DNA of 63,298 nucleotides, counting the filler, from Neolecta irregularis DAH-3 (lineage: Eukaryota): assembly GCA_001929475.1 (NCBI GenBank). It is 4 parts of 4 records of this genome, joined end to end, with 100 filler letters (N's around TTAATTAATTAA, not from the genome) between each part and the next. Parts side by side here need not be neighbours in the genome. Positions count along the whole stretch, not along the records: positions 1 to 31,818 come from LXFE01004042.1; positions 31,919 to 36,791 come from LXFE01000518.1; positions 36,892 to 50,320 come from LXFE01000520.1; 1 more part is not named here. One strand, given 5' to 3'. The notes beneath the pieces were generated by a model. The model made no database searches. It saw nothing but the letters and a program-made list of their open reading frames with translations, and had not been told where the DNA came from. A program made the position numbers and the translations under genes. Positions 25,805-39,510 of the stretch are shown one piece after another. The stretch's first letter is position 1. Each line of letters begins with the position of its first letter.

Positions 25805-28800
25805 ATGCTGTTGCGGGGTTGGTTCGCCTTACCCAGTTTCACCTTTCTCTTTGCCATATATTACCCCACATTCGCTCATGATCCTAAAATTTCAAAAACA
25901 GAGTTTGATAATTTACCTTCTGGGTACGTGTACCTCGATGACAGCTCTGTATCCATTCTTCAATCAACTTTGCGCTGATTTAGGTTATTTTTTATCATGA
26001 TGGGGTTATGAGGAATGTGTATTATTCAACGGATGAAGGATCCTCGTGGGATCGTGTAAAAGGTGTACCGGAAGGAGAAGCTATTTCGTTTTACGAGCAT
26101 CCAAATGACAATAAGATGGTACGATTCACCTTTGGCCGTTTACGGACTCTAGGCATTTATCCTTGGCCCATCCCACACCCACTATAAAACTACAGACCAA
26201 GGAAAGTCATGGTCTAAATGGACTACGGAAGTACTCCCATCACTTACTATGCCTCTTGTATTCAATGCAGAGAAACCGGAATATATCCTATTTCTTGGCG
26301 AAACGTGTAAACCTGATTCTAGCTGGTTTGGCGAATCATGCAGGGATTCTGTATTTTAATTATTCGGATGTTGGTTGACGATAGGTTTATTATACGCAAA
26401 ATTCATTCTCTTCAGATCCAAAATTGATGCTTGAAAATGTTGGATCATGCACATTTGCCCAAACTTCAAAAGATTTCAAAAAGGCCTCTGCAGAATCAGT
26501 GTTTTGTATCCAACAAGATCAAAATTCAAACGATCAGTACCCTGAGAACCAGCGACTAGTCTCTTCTGATAACTGGTTCGTCGATATGACCGAAATTAAA
26601 GGAGACAATGGCCGAGTTTTGAGAGGATTAATTGGAATTGGATCTGTTCAAAAATTCCTCGTAGCAGCATCTAAATCCTCTGGAACAGATGAAATGGCTC
26701 TTTATGTTTCGGACGATGGAATAATTTGGGATAAAGCAGAATTTCCAAATAACCATGCAGGAATTTTCGAGGATGCGTTTACGATTCTTCAATCCAGACC
26801 TTTTAGCATTCAAGTCGATGTCGCTAGTGGATCATATTATCATTCCACTGGTACTTTTTTCAAAAGTAATTCCAATGGCACATATTTTTCGAAAAGCTTG
26901 GATCATACCAATCGGAATAATATGGGATTGGCAGATTTCGAACAAATTCAAAATATCGAGGGTATCATTTTGATGAATGTAGTCGACAATTGGAAAGAAA
27001 TTGAAGAAAATAAACACGCCGAAAAAGATTTGCAGAGTCGTATTTCTTTTGACGATGGTATGTATAATCCCTTTTACGTCTAATTAACTGGGAGGAAATA
27101 CATGGCAGTCACTTCGAGTAACGGAGTCGACTAAAAATAAAGAATGTTCTGAAAAAAGTCCGTGCGATTTACATTTATGGTCAGTCACAGCTCTCAAGAA
27201 CACTGGTACAATTTTCTCCAGTCCAGCACCTGGTATCGTTATGGGAGTTGGATCGATAGGCAAAGTCCTTTTACCTTATGAAAAATGCGACCTATTTGTT
27301 TCTTCTGATGCCGGAGAAACATGGCGCTTGGCTCGTCCGGGTGCGCACAAGTATGAATTTGGAGATCAAGGTAGTATCCTGGTTGCTATTCCAGACGGTG
27401 ATTCGACTGACACGCTCTACTATTCATTCAACTTTGGCAAGGACTGGCAAGTTCTCATATTATATACCTTTTGACTTTTTAGGGTATCCCTTGACCTTGG
27501 AACATCTATTCAACCGAAAATCCTCACAACCGTTCCCGACTCGACTTCAACAAAATTTACATTGCTCGGATCAGTAGGTGCCAAGACTTTTGTACTTGCC
27601 ATTGATTTCGATGGTGTTGTCGATCGCAAATGCAAGTTAAACGAAAAACATCCCAAGGATGGAGATTTTGAGAAATGGTACGCACGGGTTATTGACGGTC
27701 AACCAAAATGTCTCATGGGACATAAACAGTATTTCTGGAGAAAAAAGGCTGATAGCAATTGCTATGTTGGTGAGAAATACAAAGATCCTGTTCCAGAAGA
27801 AGAAGATTGTCCTTGCACCGACGACGATTATGAATGGTATGAGCAATGTTGGTGATTATTTCTCACAGTACCAGCGACTACAACTTTATTAAAAATTTTG
27901 AAGGAAAATGTGCTTCCGTCGGACCTGAACCTGTCAAAAAGGGGCAATGTAAAAACCCTGGCGATAAATATCTCGGGTTTAGTGGTTATCGCAAAATACC
28001 TGGAAATACTTGTAATTCAAAAAAGGGAATCACAAAAGATGACCCCGTGCAAAAGGACTGTGAAGATTGTCTGTTTTGATTACCTGATATGAACTTACAT
28101 TTGTAGCCCGTTTTCCGAGCGGAAGTGTTCAACATATCGAGAAAGAGTTTAAAGGTCGAATGAAAGATTATAAATATTTAGAACGATCAGACACGTCTAG
28201 TGGGGATGATGAGGCATGCAATCGTCTCGTCATTATCTAATACTTAGACTGTCATTTTGCAAACTAATCGTAATGAAATCTATCTGTCGCATGACCATGG
28301 TGGTACTTGGGAACAAGTCCTCAAAGACGAGGAAGTAGTCGCGATGATTCCCCATATATATTTCAAAGATTGGGTCTTTTTCCAAACTGCAAAACACGTA
28401 TACTACTCCAAGAACCGCGGAAAACGCATAGAAAAAATGAATATTCCTGGACCGCCTAATATCCTTTCAATCGATCTCTTTTCCTTTCACCCTAAACATA
28501 AAGACTGGCTTATTTACACTGCTGGAAAAAATTGCGCAGATTCCGAGAAAAAATGTCGTGCGGTGGCTCATTATACCAAAGATGCGGGAAACACTTGGAA
28601 GGAATTAAATGACTATATTCGAAACTGCATGTGGAGGCAAGACTCTAGATATCAGACTGAAGAAGCACTCGTCTTTTGTGAAAAGTATGAAAAAGATGAT
28701 CCGCAAACTCGAAATAATCCTCTAAACTTGATATCAACGGTGGACTTTTTCAAAGAAACAAATGAGCATCTTAAAGATATTGTTGGTTTTGCATTATTTG

Positions 28801-30705
28801 AAGAGTTTGTGGTTGCTGCAGAGGTAACTTGGTAGCTAAAGTGTTGCTGACCCGGGTAGGTTGACAAAGGTACCGATCTTCTCAAAATGCAGATCTCAAT
28901 AGATGGCAAGACATTTGCACAAGCTCGTTTTCCACCTGATTTTACAATGGGAAATGGACAAGCATATACTATTCTTGACTCGGTTACAAATTCTATTTTT
29001 ATGCACGTTACGACGAGCTCTCGATTAGGTTCTGAATGGGGTGTTATACTCAAGAGTAATTCGAATGGAACTGATTATGTTGTTTCTTTGGATTCAGTTA
29101 ATCGAGATGAAAAAGGTTATGTCGATTTTGAAAAGATGCAAGGGATTGAAGGGGTTGCTGTTGTCAATGTTGTCATGAACACAGCTGATGCTGTCGGAGG
29201 TGCCAAGAAAAAGTTGAAGACTATGATTACGCATAATGATGGTGGCGAATGGACTTTTCTCACCCCGCCGAAAAAAGATGCCCAAGGAAACAGTTTTGAA
29301 TGTTCTGGAGGGGTGAGACATTTATTCCTCCATTTTCTAAAGTTAGCTCGAGAAATGTTCTTTGAATCTTCATGGCTATACAGAAAGAAAGGATGAACGG
29401 GATACTTACTCGTCTGGCTCTGCTGTGGGTTTAATGATGGGTGTTGGCAATGTTGGTGAATCATTGTCTGCCTATCTTGATGGTGATACGTTCTTGACGC
29501 GAGACGGTGGGATGACTTGGTCTCAGGTGCACAAGGGTGCCTATACATGGGAATATGGCGATCAGGGCGCGATAATCGTAATTGTTATCGACGATAAACC
29601 TACCGATAGCGTTCTCTATACTCTGGACGAAGGAAAATCATGGACAGAATACAAGTTTAACCAAGATAAGGTGAATGTTGTGGATATCTCCACGTTACCA
29701 TCGGACACCAGTCGCAAATTTCTGCTCTTTACACGTGCAAGTGGCCAAGACAATTTCGGTACTGTTCAATTGGATTTTACGGGCTTGACGGACAAACAAT
29801 GTACCCAATTATGTTGCCAGAAAAGTGTTAATCTTGTAGGTAGCCTGAAGCCGGATAATCCTGATGACGATGATTTTGAACTTTGGACTCCTGGCCATCC
29901 ATCCAACGAAGACAAGTGTCTATTCGGTCATCAAATTCAATACAATCGAAAGATTCCCGATCATTTATGTTACATTGGCCCCAAGATTGCTCAACCTCAT
30001 ACGATTCTCAAGGACTGCGCTTGCTCGAGACAGGATTTTGAATGGTATGTGAAATAATAGTCTGATTTTTGACCTCGAGTGACTATAATTATCGACGAGC
30101 ATCTGATGGATCATGCGAACTAGCACCTGGTGCGCAACCTCCCGATCACCAAGAACTATGCAAAACGAATAAAAGCACTGTAGAATGGTACGAGCCTACT
30201 GGTTATCGCAAAATACCCCTTTCAACGTGTGTCGGTGGCAAACAACTTGATAAGAGCAGCTCGCATCCGTGTCCAGGGAAAGAACAAGAATATAAAGAGG
30301 GTAGAAAAGGGCTTTCTGGATTTGCATTTTTCTGGATTTTTACATGTTGCATTGCGACTGCTTTCGGTACTGGATGGTGGTTTTGGAATAGGTCGCATGG
30401 AAAGTTTGGGTAATTCGGATTACTGTTATGGAACTAATTGGGGTAGCCGTATACGTCTTGGAGAAGAGCGAGATCCACCGGGGTATATTAGGGTACCTAT
30501 TATTGTTATATCTGCAGTGATTGCAGTTGTTGCGGCACTGCCTTTGATTGCGCAAAGTGTATATTCTTGGGGGAGAGCCAAGGTTACAGGGCAGAGAAGG
30601 TATACGACTCGTGGATCTTTTGCACGGAGCGGGTATAGTGTGTTGCCAACTGACGAGGATTCTGGGTTGTTTGGAGATGAAGAGGATGAAGAGGATGATG
30701 TCTAG
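25805..30705 (+). CDS. VPS10: Vacuolar sorting receptor Vps10 (two VPS10 domains, TM, acidic tail)
   Basis: Signal peptide MLLRGWFALP; repeated SxDxGxTW boxes; KSNSNGT..DFE twice; GYRKIP 10CC modules; TM and YSVL tail. Confidence 0.95.
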
Positions 30706-31068
30706 TGTCGATCTTGCTAGTTAAATTATGCAGGTTATCATTGATTGTTAATTGATATTATCTCGCTTCGGCAATCATCGGTCAATCATAACCATATCAA
30801 TTAATTGACATCTCTCATAATCATATCAGTCGATCATAGCCATACGAGTAAGTATCATGTACAATTCATCTCAGTCAATGAAAATATTCAATAATCAGCA
30901 GCAACGCCAGATGGGCCTCTAATCAAGTGAAATGAAAAATGAAAGGCAAAATGAAAAAAGAACCACGTACACCAACCAGATCACCAAGAAAAAAGAAAAA
31001 CAAATCACATATATCACATCTCCAAGAAGAAAGAAAAGAAATCACAGCACCAAGGAAGAATAAAGAAA

Positions 31069-31695
31069 TCACTTTACGACACGTCTCCACAACCTTTTTA
31101 TTCTACCACCTGAATGTTTTTGTTTTTGTCTCTGTCTTGATTCACATAAATCATCTGTATTGCGCATATTCTGTGGAGTTAGGGTGAGACGGAGTGTTTG
31201 TTCTCGAGAGGTGACCGAGGTGATTGTATATCGCCCGTCTGTTGATATTCTGCGGGATGATTCGTGGGGGAAGCCGTATTCGAGGACTTCATCGAACTTT
31301 TTGCGGGAGGTGTATATTTGAAGTTTGAGACGAACTTTTGGATCGTTGTAGTACTGTGGGAGTGAATCAGAACGGCGTCTGGGAGGAGCATTGTGGGACA
31401 AGGCAGGGATGAATGGCTCCGAGGCGGATCTTGGGGGCCATCTTTGTCTTTGCTTGTGGGGGCGGGCGGGATCAGAATTGAAGTCAAAGTCGAGATCGAG
31501 AGGGGAATGAGCGAGGGGAGAGATCAGGTCAACGAGGGAAGAGGGGATGTCGTCTGTGGTTGGGGCTTCTGAGACGAGACTGAGGCGGTTTGTAAAGTAG
31601 GCCTCGTCTGCGGCGTCGAGGACAATGTGCTGGCGGGGCAAGGCGGGATTGGGCGTGGGCGGCCTGTTGGTGGATGAGGGCGAAGCAGAGGCCAT
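31069..31695 (-). CDS. Conserved fungal hypothetical protein
   Basis: 208-aa ORF with YYNDPKVRLKL...KKFDEVLEYGFP and REQTLRLTLT, resembling an uncharacterised ascomycete family. Confidence 0.65.
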   Translation of the reverse strand: MASASPSSTNRPPTPNPALPRQHIVLDAADEAYFTNRLSLVSEAPTTDDIPSSLVDLISPLAHSPLDLDFDFNSDPARPHKQRQRWPPRSASEPFIPALSHNAPPRRRSDSLPQYYNDPKVRLKLQIYTSRKKFDEVLEYGFPHESSRRISTDGRYTITSVTSREQTLRLTLTPQNMRNTDDLCESRQRQKQKHSGGRIKRLWRRVVK

Positions 31696-31818
31696 TGCTA
31701 GCTGTTCGTGAACAGAAAAGAGCTTTCTCTGCAGGGCTGGAGGCAGTTGGGTGTGTGGTGGGAGAAGGGGAGGATACAGAGTGGGATTGTCTGGTTTGTC
31801 TGGTTTATCTTTGGGGAG

Positions 31819-31918
31819 NNNNNNNNNNNNNNNNNNNNNNNNNNNNNNNNNNNNNNNNNNNNTTAATTAATTAANNNNNNNNNNNNNNNNNNNNNNNNNN
31901 NNNNNNNNNNNNNNNNNN
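31819..31918. other. Assembly gap with artificial TTAATTAATTAA six-frame stop linker
   Basis: N run-TTAATTAATTAA-N run. Confidence 0.98.
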
Positions 31919-33146
31919 CACGGGTGATACTGTTAATAAGACTCGATTCGAAAGCGCCAGTTTCGACCTTGGATCTTGAATTCTCCCGGAACGAAGAAGT
32001 TTCTTGAAAATTTCCATATATGCTAGATAGCACTGCTGTTACAAGATCTCGATAAAACATTTGGTGTTGGGCAAATGGAAAGAAATCTTTTCTTGGGAGA
32101 TCTTGAAAGAGCGCATGTGCTACAGTGATGAATGCGATTGTTTCAGGATTCCGAAGGTCGACAGTAATGAAAGACCTATTTAGGCATCATAGCTTGCGGA
32201 TTAACACGACGGATGGCCTTGTGAAATATCTGCCTCGCATGGGTCCTCTGGTCTGTGTTGATAACATGTTTGGTTGATATCGTAACTTGGTTAATATGGT
32301 CTGCTGATTTAATTTGCCATAATATTTCATAATTGCCAAGGCCGAATGAAACGATAAGAATGTACAAGTCTTCTGCTCGCTGGATCATAGAAAACATCTT
32401 GACCAGCATTCTTGCTGAATATCGCGAGAAAGGTCAATAAGATATTGTCAAACCTTTCTGGGAAGGATTTTGAATCAACCGATATCTGTGCCCATGATTT
32501 TACAGCGTCCATGATTTCGCGGTCCGAAAGTTGGTGGTGACCGGACAGTTTATTAGAAAGCTCTTTTCCAAAATTTACGATATTTGGTGGTTCACCAGAT
32601 ATCGCAATTTTGCAGACACGTAGAACAGATTGATCTACCTGTATTTCTTGGGGAGATCTTGGGGCACTTTCGATGCCAAAAGCCAAAAAATATTGTCGAT
32701 CATTCAAACAAGGTCAGTCCAATAAGAGTCCATATTTAGTTAGAATCCCACTAGCCCAAACTCCTTCAGGCTTTTCATCATTGTTAGAAACCCTTGTAGA
32801 AAAGTCTTGAACTTCAACTCGTTCTGGCAGACGTGGCCTAGTTATTATATTTTAACAACCTCGAGATAAGAAGGAATAGAGCGAGAGAGCCACTCTGTCT
32901 CAGATCTGGCATAGATGTAACAATTCGAGTCTGACGATTCTCCAAGACAAAAGATTAGTATTGTAACAACCGGCATTGTTTTGCACATTCTTCTAGTGCG
33001 TCGTCCCAATCCATATACGGGAGAATGAATAGTTCGGTTTGGTCTTTGACAAAACCCCTCGAAATCGCTTTGAAATACTCGAGATCTGATGCCACGCAAG
33101 TGAGAGTACAAAGCGTGATCAAACAGAAGAGCTTTGGAAACATCAT
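31919..33146 (-). pseudogene. Fragmented orphan gene with signal-peptide-like start
   Basis: Chain of overlapping minus-strand ORFs with frameshifts and an in-frame stop (GLLLD*PCLNDRQYF). Confidence 0.4.
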
Positions 33147-33489
33147 ATTGGATAAGTAGAAACTAGGGCGACCCATGTGGATTGAGGGGCGGAATTTGCG
33201 GCCAACAGAGAAAAAACTTTCACAAACAGCTTGCCCAATCCGTCGTCAGTGTTCTCTGGCTGGTTTCAGGACATGGATCAATTTCCTAATAGCGCGGTGT
33301 CGCAGAGCCTGCGTCGGTGTAGAAGCCTTGGCAGAGAGCTCGGGCAGCAGCGCGCAGGGAGGCGGTGAACGCGGAGCCTCAGTTCTGAGCGGCGGCGAAG
33401 AGTGGCAATTCAGCGGCGGCGGGTTCTGCAGTGGCGGGGTCGGGCAGGGAGGCCTTTGTGGGGACGAGGGCAACCATTGGAGAGGGGCG

Positions 33490-33609
33490 GAGGCAGGAGA
33501 GGAGGAGGCAGGAGAGGAGGAGGCAGGAGAGGAGGAGGCAGGAGAGGGGGAGGTAGGAGAGGGGGAGGCAGGAGAGGAGGAGGTAGGAGAGGGGGAGGTA
33601 GGAGAGGAG
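33490..33609 (+). repeat. 15-bp purine-rich minisatellite GAGG(C/T)AGGAGAGG(A/G)G x8
   Basis: Direct reading. Confidence 0.95.
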
Positions 33610-33752
33610 GAAGGCAGAATCTTACCCCACGCTGAACCCTCAAACCACACCGCCTCTGCCCGTATAAACCCCAGCTCCACCAAGCCTCCATCCGCGCCAG
33701 CTCCCCTTCGCCCTGAAACTCCAATTGATCACAATCCTAATAATCAATCGCG

Positions 33753-36143
33753 ATGTACGACGAGTGGGCATATCATTTCCCACAGACCTTTATACACTCT
33801 GCGAAAAAAGAATCAAAGACAACATCAAAAAAGGACAGTATATTTCAAGGGCGGACTAATTGGTAGGATGAAGATGTTTATACGCCTGAGGTGAAGGAAC
33901 AAAAGACAAGAGATCCGCCTAAAGGGGAGGACTTGAGAAGGGTCAAATCATATGAAACATTTTGTCCGACCAGCAAAGTTGATACCTCTGAACCTTGGGA
34001 GAAGGAAACGGTGGACGATTCAAGTGGATGGGTGGAAAATATAAACAATCCCGACCAGTATTAAGAGTGATTCCGCACAGTTAACTCTATGTAGGAGTTA
34101 CCGGATCTCTGCGCTTTTATGTGTCGAAACATGTCAACAACTAATTTCGAGTGCAAAACAAGCTATTCAATCACTTCAAACCTTGAAATCAGACTATATT
34201 CAAGTCCGGGAACAAACTTCAAGTTTCCAAAATTCGTGTGAGACATTAATGACTGTTCAAGTATTCTTTTTCCAACTTTAAAAATTCTTATTGAAAGAAA
34301 CGGTATTCGGAATTATCAGACGCTATAGCAGATCGACTCAAGATATTTAATTCATTAGATCCAACGATCCGGAAATTAAACAATGCTGATATCACTTTTG
34401 TCGAAACGGATGAATTCAAAGAAATGCTGAAAAGCCTAGACCAATCTCTTGAATTTCTTTCAACTCATGTAAATCTTGCAAATTAGATAAAGGCTAACAA
34501 CTAGAAACAATTCCACGATTCCGAATTTTATTATTCGCATTTTCGTCAGTGTATGACTCGTTCGTTGACTTTAATTCGTCTTTATTTGACTGCATCGCTG
34601 GATATTGATACCCATGAAGAACCGGTACTACCTCTAAAGTAATTTCTAAAGATAGGCTGAAGATATGCCGTTTTATACAAAGTATACAGTCGCTTCATAT
34701 CAATTGCGTCCATTCGCAATGGAAATAGAACAACGATGTCAGCACCAAGAATACATTTCTCTTCTTAAAGATTGTTACGCAGCTTACTTTTCTGCGCGTC
34801 AGAAATTTATAGCGCCCATGATTTCAAAGTATATAGCGGGCCACGTTCAAGAGAAACATTTAGTCGCGTTTGTATGTGTTTTTGTGGTTTTGATACTAAT
34901 CAGACTCGAATTATTTTATCGTATGTGAGGGGAATTTTATCGGATGAATTCGATTTATTCTTTCAATTTTTCGATACTGGAGTGGAGGATTTAATGTATT
35001 ATCTGGATTTATTACAGGCTAAGTACAGGACGTGGTTTACGTATTTACTGAGTCCTGTTTATAATCACTTGCGACCTCGTACAATTCATCAACTCGACCT
35101 ATCGATTCTGTGCGATTTATGCATATTACTACAAACGCAATTTATTAGAGATGAAGAAGGTATCGATGGTATTCAGCCTAATCTAATACAAGAACTGATT
35201 ACACGAGTTAATGAGAAAGTACTTGATTTCGGCAGATTAATTCGATCGGTGTTACAAGATGCCCAAACACGAGTTATTTTCAGGACACAGCAAACTATTG
35301 AGAAAGATATTCGTAAATTTATGCCGACTGAACCAGATTTGGACTATCCCGCCAAACTCTTTGAGAGAAAACAGATCCAACAGGATGACGAGTTTGATAT
35401 TTCGCATTTATTAATTGGTTGGTATCCTACTATGCGGAAATCGGTATGGATTTTATCGAAAATATATCGGCTTGTGAATGTGAGAATGTGAATTTCTGTT
35501 TAGCTAATGGCAGTCTGTCGTATTTGACGATTTGGCGCACGAGATAACTCACGTTTGTACTCATTCATTGATATCAGCAGCTATTCGGATTGCTCAACTC
35601 CATTCGAATACGGATAGTCGTTTATTTCTGATACATCACTTGTTATTACTGAAAGAGCAAATATCGGCGTTTGATATAGAATTTATCCGTCCTCGAGTTG
35701 ATATTGAATTCTCATGGGGTGGAAACAAGTCTGAAAAGTTATTTTCCCCTAGTGGAATCTTGGAGTTTGCGTCGAGTGGGATTCCTCGAGTTGTAGAGAG
35801 TATGTTTGACGCGAAGGAGGAGTTGGATGAAAAGTTGCGCGAGGCGATTAATGGGTTTACATTTGATGAAAGTGAGGAGATGATGAGCATGTTTAGGGAT
35901 GAGTTGTGTAAAGAGGGGACGATTTCGATTGAAGAGATGACGGCGGCATCAAAGGAACGGGCAAGGATGGTAAAAAGGAAACTTGAGGAGTATATTTCGG
36001 ATTCGCGAACAAGGGAGATACTAGAGGGTGCGATCAAAACTCTTGTGGCTGAACAGCTGGAGATGATAAAAGATAGAGCGAAAGAGGCAAACCGTCAGTT
36101 ATGGGAGGATACGCGGACATTGACAGAGGGATTGTTTGAATGA
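33753..36143 (+). CDS. COG3: Conserved oligomeric Golgi complex subunit 3
   Basis: FRQCMTRSLTLIR, LLKDCYAAYFSARQK, LQDAQTRVIFRTQ, WYPTMRKSVWILSKIYRLVN, LFLIHHLLLLKEQI; start inferred. Confidence 0.92.
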
Positions 36144-36791
36144 ATATAGAACAGCCTATCTGCGAGAATCACGATACAGCTATACCATCCATACACATCG
36201 AACTAGACCAGAGCCGGCCGCGGTGACCGTCTGGAGGAAACAGGAACCGACACTACTCTCCACCGCCACCCCTGATAGGCGCATGACCGCCTGCGCTGGA
36301 GAAATACTCGCCGTTGGTGGTTCAGACTTGAAGAATGAAATGCTACATTCACAAAATAACAAAAATTGCTAACATAAATTGATTTCTATCTGACTGTTTC
36401 TTCAGTTTCTATTATTTATTGTGGAAAGACCTTTAACTAACTTAAGGGCAAGAACAACAAACACAGTACATTAGAGTAGCATAGCAGAGTAATAGAAGTA
36501 AAATGCGCGCACCATAGGTAGACGCTTACAAAGAGTGACAAAATAAGAGAACGCGAAACCACGAAACACTAAGGGCCAGGTGAGTGGGTTGAAGGACTGT
36601 GTTGAAATTTGGTTTGGCAGTCAATATCTCATCAGCGGTGCCACACGCCTTATGTCACCAAGGAGAGGTGATCTATGTGGCAGTGAGTCGTCACTAACAA
36701 GATGACGGCCACTGTCCACCTGGTTCTAATTATATACAAGTGCCTAGTGCTTGGGCTATGTGGCCCTATTCCACCGGGATATGATTGTACC

Positions 36792-36891
36792 NNNNNNNNN
36801 NNNNNNNNNNNNNNNNNNNNNNNNNNNNNNNNNNNTTAATTAATTAANNNNNNNNNNNNNNNNNNNNNNNNNNNNNNNNNNNNNNNNNNNN
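36792..36891. other. Assembly gap with TTAATTAATTAA linker
   Basis: N run-linker-N run. Confidence 0.98.
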
Positions 36892-37170
36892 GGGTACTCT
36901 GTGACCCGTCTTGGCGCACAGAAAATTTTGTATCATCTTGGAGTTGAAGGACTGGGTAGTCCCATTGATAACGCAATAGCATGGATGCTCAAGGAAGACA
37001 AGATGAGGGGTTATTCTATCATTCCTCCTGTCATTGGGGACTACAAAGTCAGCGATATTCGGAAACACTCGGATATTCAGAAGGAGGTTCTACCTGCTGG
37101 TAAAAATTGGAATGTAGAAGATAGCGTTCGTGATCATATTAGGGAGACGTTGAGCGCTTTAAGTATTTAG
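36892..37170 (+). CDS. 3' fragment of an unidentified gene
   Basis: Frame open from the gap to a stop at 37170. Confidence 0.35.
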   Translation, partial: GYSVTRLGAQKILYHLGVEGLGSPIDNAIAWMLKEDKMRGYSIIPPVIGDYKVSDIRKHSDIQKEVLPAGKNWNVEDSVRDHIRETLSALSI

Positions 37171-37760
37171 GATGCATTCGCTAGCTACCAGATTGACCCA
37201 AATGTCATGCATGGTATTAGATAATTTTGTCAAATTCTGGTTTTTCTTTGCATTCAGCACTACACAATGTGCAATTTTTATTTTGTAATATTCATTGAGA
37301 TATCATGAGAAAGAAATACTGCCACCATTTATTACAACATTTTGGCAAATTTGAATTTGACATTATGAGGGGGAATTTTCAAGTCATAAAGTTTTTGCCT
37401 ATCAAAACAAGGTGGAATGTAATGAGAGTCAAGAGATTATATTCCAATTTTAAGCGCGCGTTCGGTGCACTATTTTCTTGGAATAATTGTTGTCGGGTCC
37501 TCCCAAATTCCTCGAAAATAAAAAACTGGTACACAACTGTTTTTTCTTTTTTCGCGATGACACCTGAGAGGAGAAATCTCCAAAGTAATAAAATTTGGCG
37601 AGCACCGAACGCACCCTAAGAAATTCGGGAAATACTTTCAAAGTGCTATTCAATTCCCTATAAACAATCTACTTAAATTTGATCCGTATTATTCCGAGCC
37701 TCTTGATTAGAGAGTTCCGAAAATCTCCACCCAAATTTCTCCATCACCAAACAGAAATAT

Positions 37761-39510
37761 ATGACTTTGGTGATAACAGCTCGATCATTACGCAATAGTC
37801 CAATCAAGGTCTCTTCTTGGACTCTAATCCCTCAATGTCTTCGTCGCAAGTCGAGTCATCGTTGTCATCGCTCGGCTACATATCGACTTTCTAGATCTTA
37901 CATGCCGGTATTTCTGGCATTGGGATTCGGCTCGGTCCTCGGTCTTTCGTTCACTGTTCATGAACTTCATGCAGAAGAAAGACAGGACCTGCTGCTGGGC
38001 GCGAATAAAGAAGATATCAAACATCCTCGCATAACGAATTTATGGGAAAGACCCGGCGTATATGTCTGGGGTTCCAATAAGTATCAAACCCCCGAGTATA
38101 GGAATTTATCTATAGGGAAGGCTTGCTGGATCCAGAGACGAAGAAGGACTGTCTGATAACCGCTATTTCGATGAAAGCCTTTGAAGGACAAGCGTTGCGG
38201 GATTTATATTTGGGGGAGAACTATGGAGGTCTATTAATCTTTGAGACTCACATCCTCATGTTGAAGTGGTCGTGAATGCAGATGGTGACTTGATTCAATG
38301 GGGCAGCGCGTATTCGAACGGGGAATTACCAGAGAAGACCCTCGCTGGGAAGAACATCATGAAAATTTCAATCGCGTATATTCCTATTGATATTTCTGAT
38401 TAACTTCATAGTCTAGACCGTATATTTGCTCTTTCTAGAGATGGGAAGGTGTATGTAATGCCTCTTTCCAAAGATGCACAGCAAGCTAGTTCAATGCCTT
38501 CAGAGTCATCATGGATACCATTTCTTGGCTCGATGGCAAAAACATCTTTCCAAGTTTTGGATATCCCATTACACTGGGGTGAAAAGTAGCTCTAATGCCT
38601 ATTTCCTTGTCTCATTTTCCAGGATTTCAGATATCACCACGAATACTTCGATGTCATTGTTTGCTACATCAAAGGGCCGTCTTTTCATTCAGTATCCCAA
38701 CACGAAGCCCACAGAAGTTAAATCTTTGAACGATGTTCAAATATCGCAGGTAACGAGCGGGGACAGTCACGCACTAGCTAGGTCCACCAACGGTAAAGTC
38801 TTTACCATCGGCTCAAACACGTTTGGGTAAGCATATCTTCTAAACCGCTTTCTGAAATGGTAGTCAACTAGGCCTTGAGTACAGTACAACAAACGTATCC
38901 CAAAATGAATTAACTCAGCAACCATTATCTACGCTCTACCTTGGACAGTCATCACGAATATGCACAGATGTCTCAGCTGGCGGAAATACAACATATTTTA
39001 CTGTAATCTCACCAACCGGTGGCATCGATGTCTGGGCATGCGGATTTGGCCAAACTGGACAGCTGGGAAACAATGCTTGGACACAGGCCCAAGGCCTACC
39101 TGTTAAACTTGGAAAGATAAGTGGATTATCAGAATGTATTTTCCTTTCTATTACGAGAACTATCCTGGATAGATATTGAAAAACTACACAGTTCGATGCC
39201 AATAATCCCACGATATCTCTCGACGAGCTCATCGCATACCTTCATTGTCCTAGATTCATCGGCTTCTGGATTTGGAAATGATGTCTATGCAATTGGCAGT
39301 AATTATGATTATCAACTGGGTACTGGGAAGAGAAATAGTATTAATTCACCAACTGCAATACCAGGGCTCGACGGAGGACGGATGCAGTTAATGCCCAAAC
39401 GAAAAATGAAATGCAAGACTCCAAATGGCAAGATGAAAAATATGAATGTTGAACAGAGAATTTGGGCAGGAAAAAAGGTCAGTGTCATCTATACAGCTGT
39501 TGTGCAGTGA
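37761..39510 (+). CDS. FMP25: Mitochondrial RCC1-repeat protein (Fmp25-like)
   Basis: Presequence and TM; WERPGVYVWGSN, SGDSHALA..GKVFTIGSNTFG, WACGFGQTGQLGN, GSNYDYQLGTGKRNS, GRMQL. Confidence 0.8.

Noticed and set aside
9335-30705. VPS5 and VPS10 (retromer and its cargo) as a functional cluster
   Set aside because: Separated by about ten unrelated genes; plausible by chance in a compact genome
31863-31874. TTAATTAATTAA palindrome repeated in three gaps
   Set aside because: Artificial assembly spacer flanked by Ns, not biological; adjacency across these gaps is also uncertain
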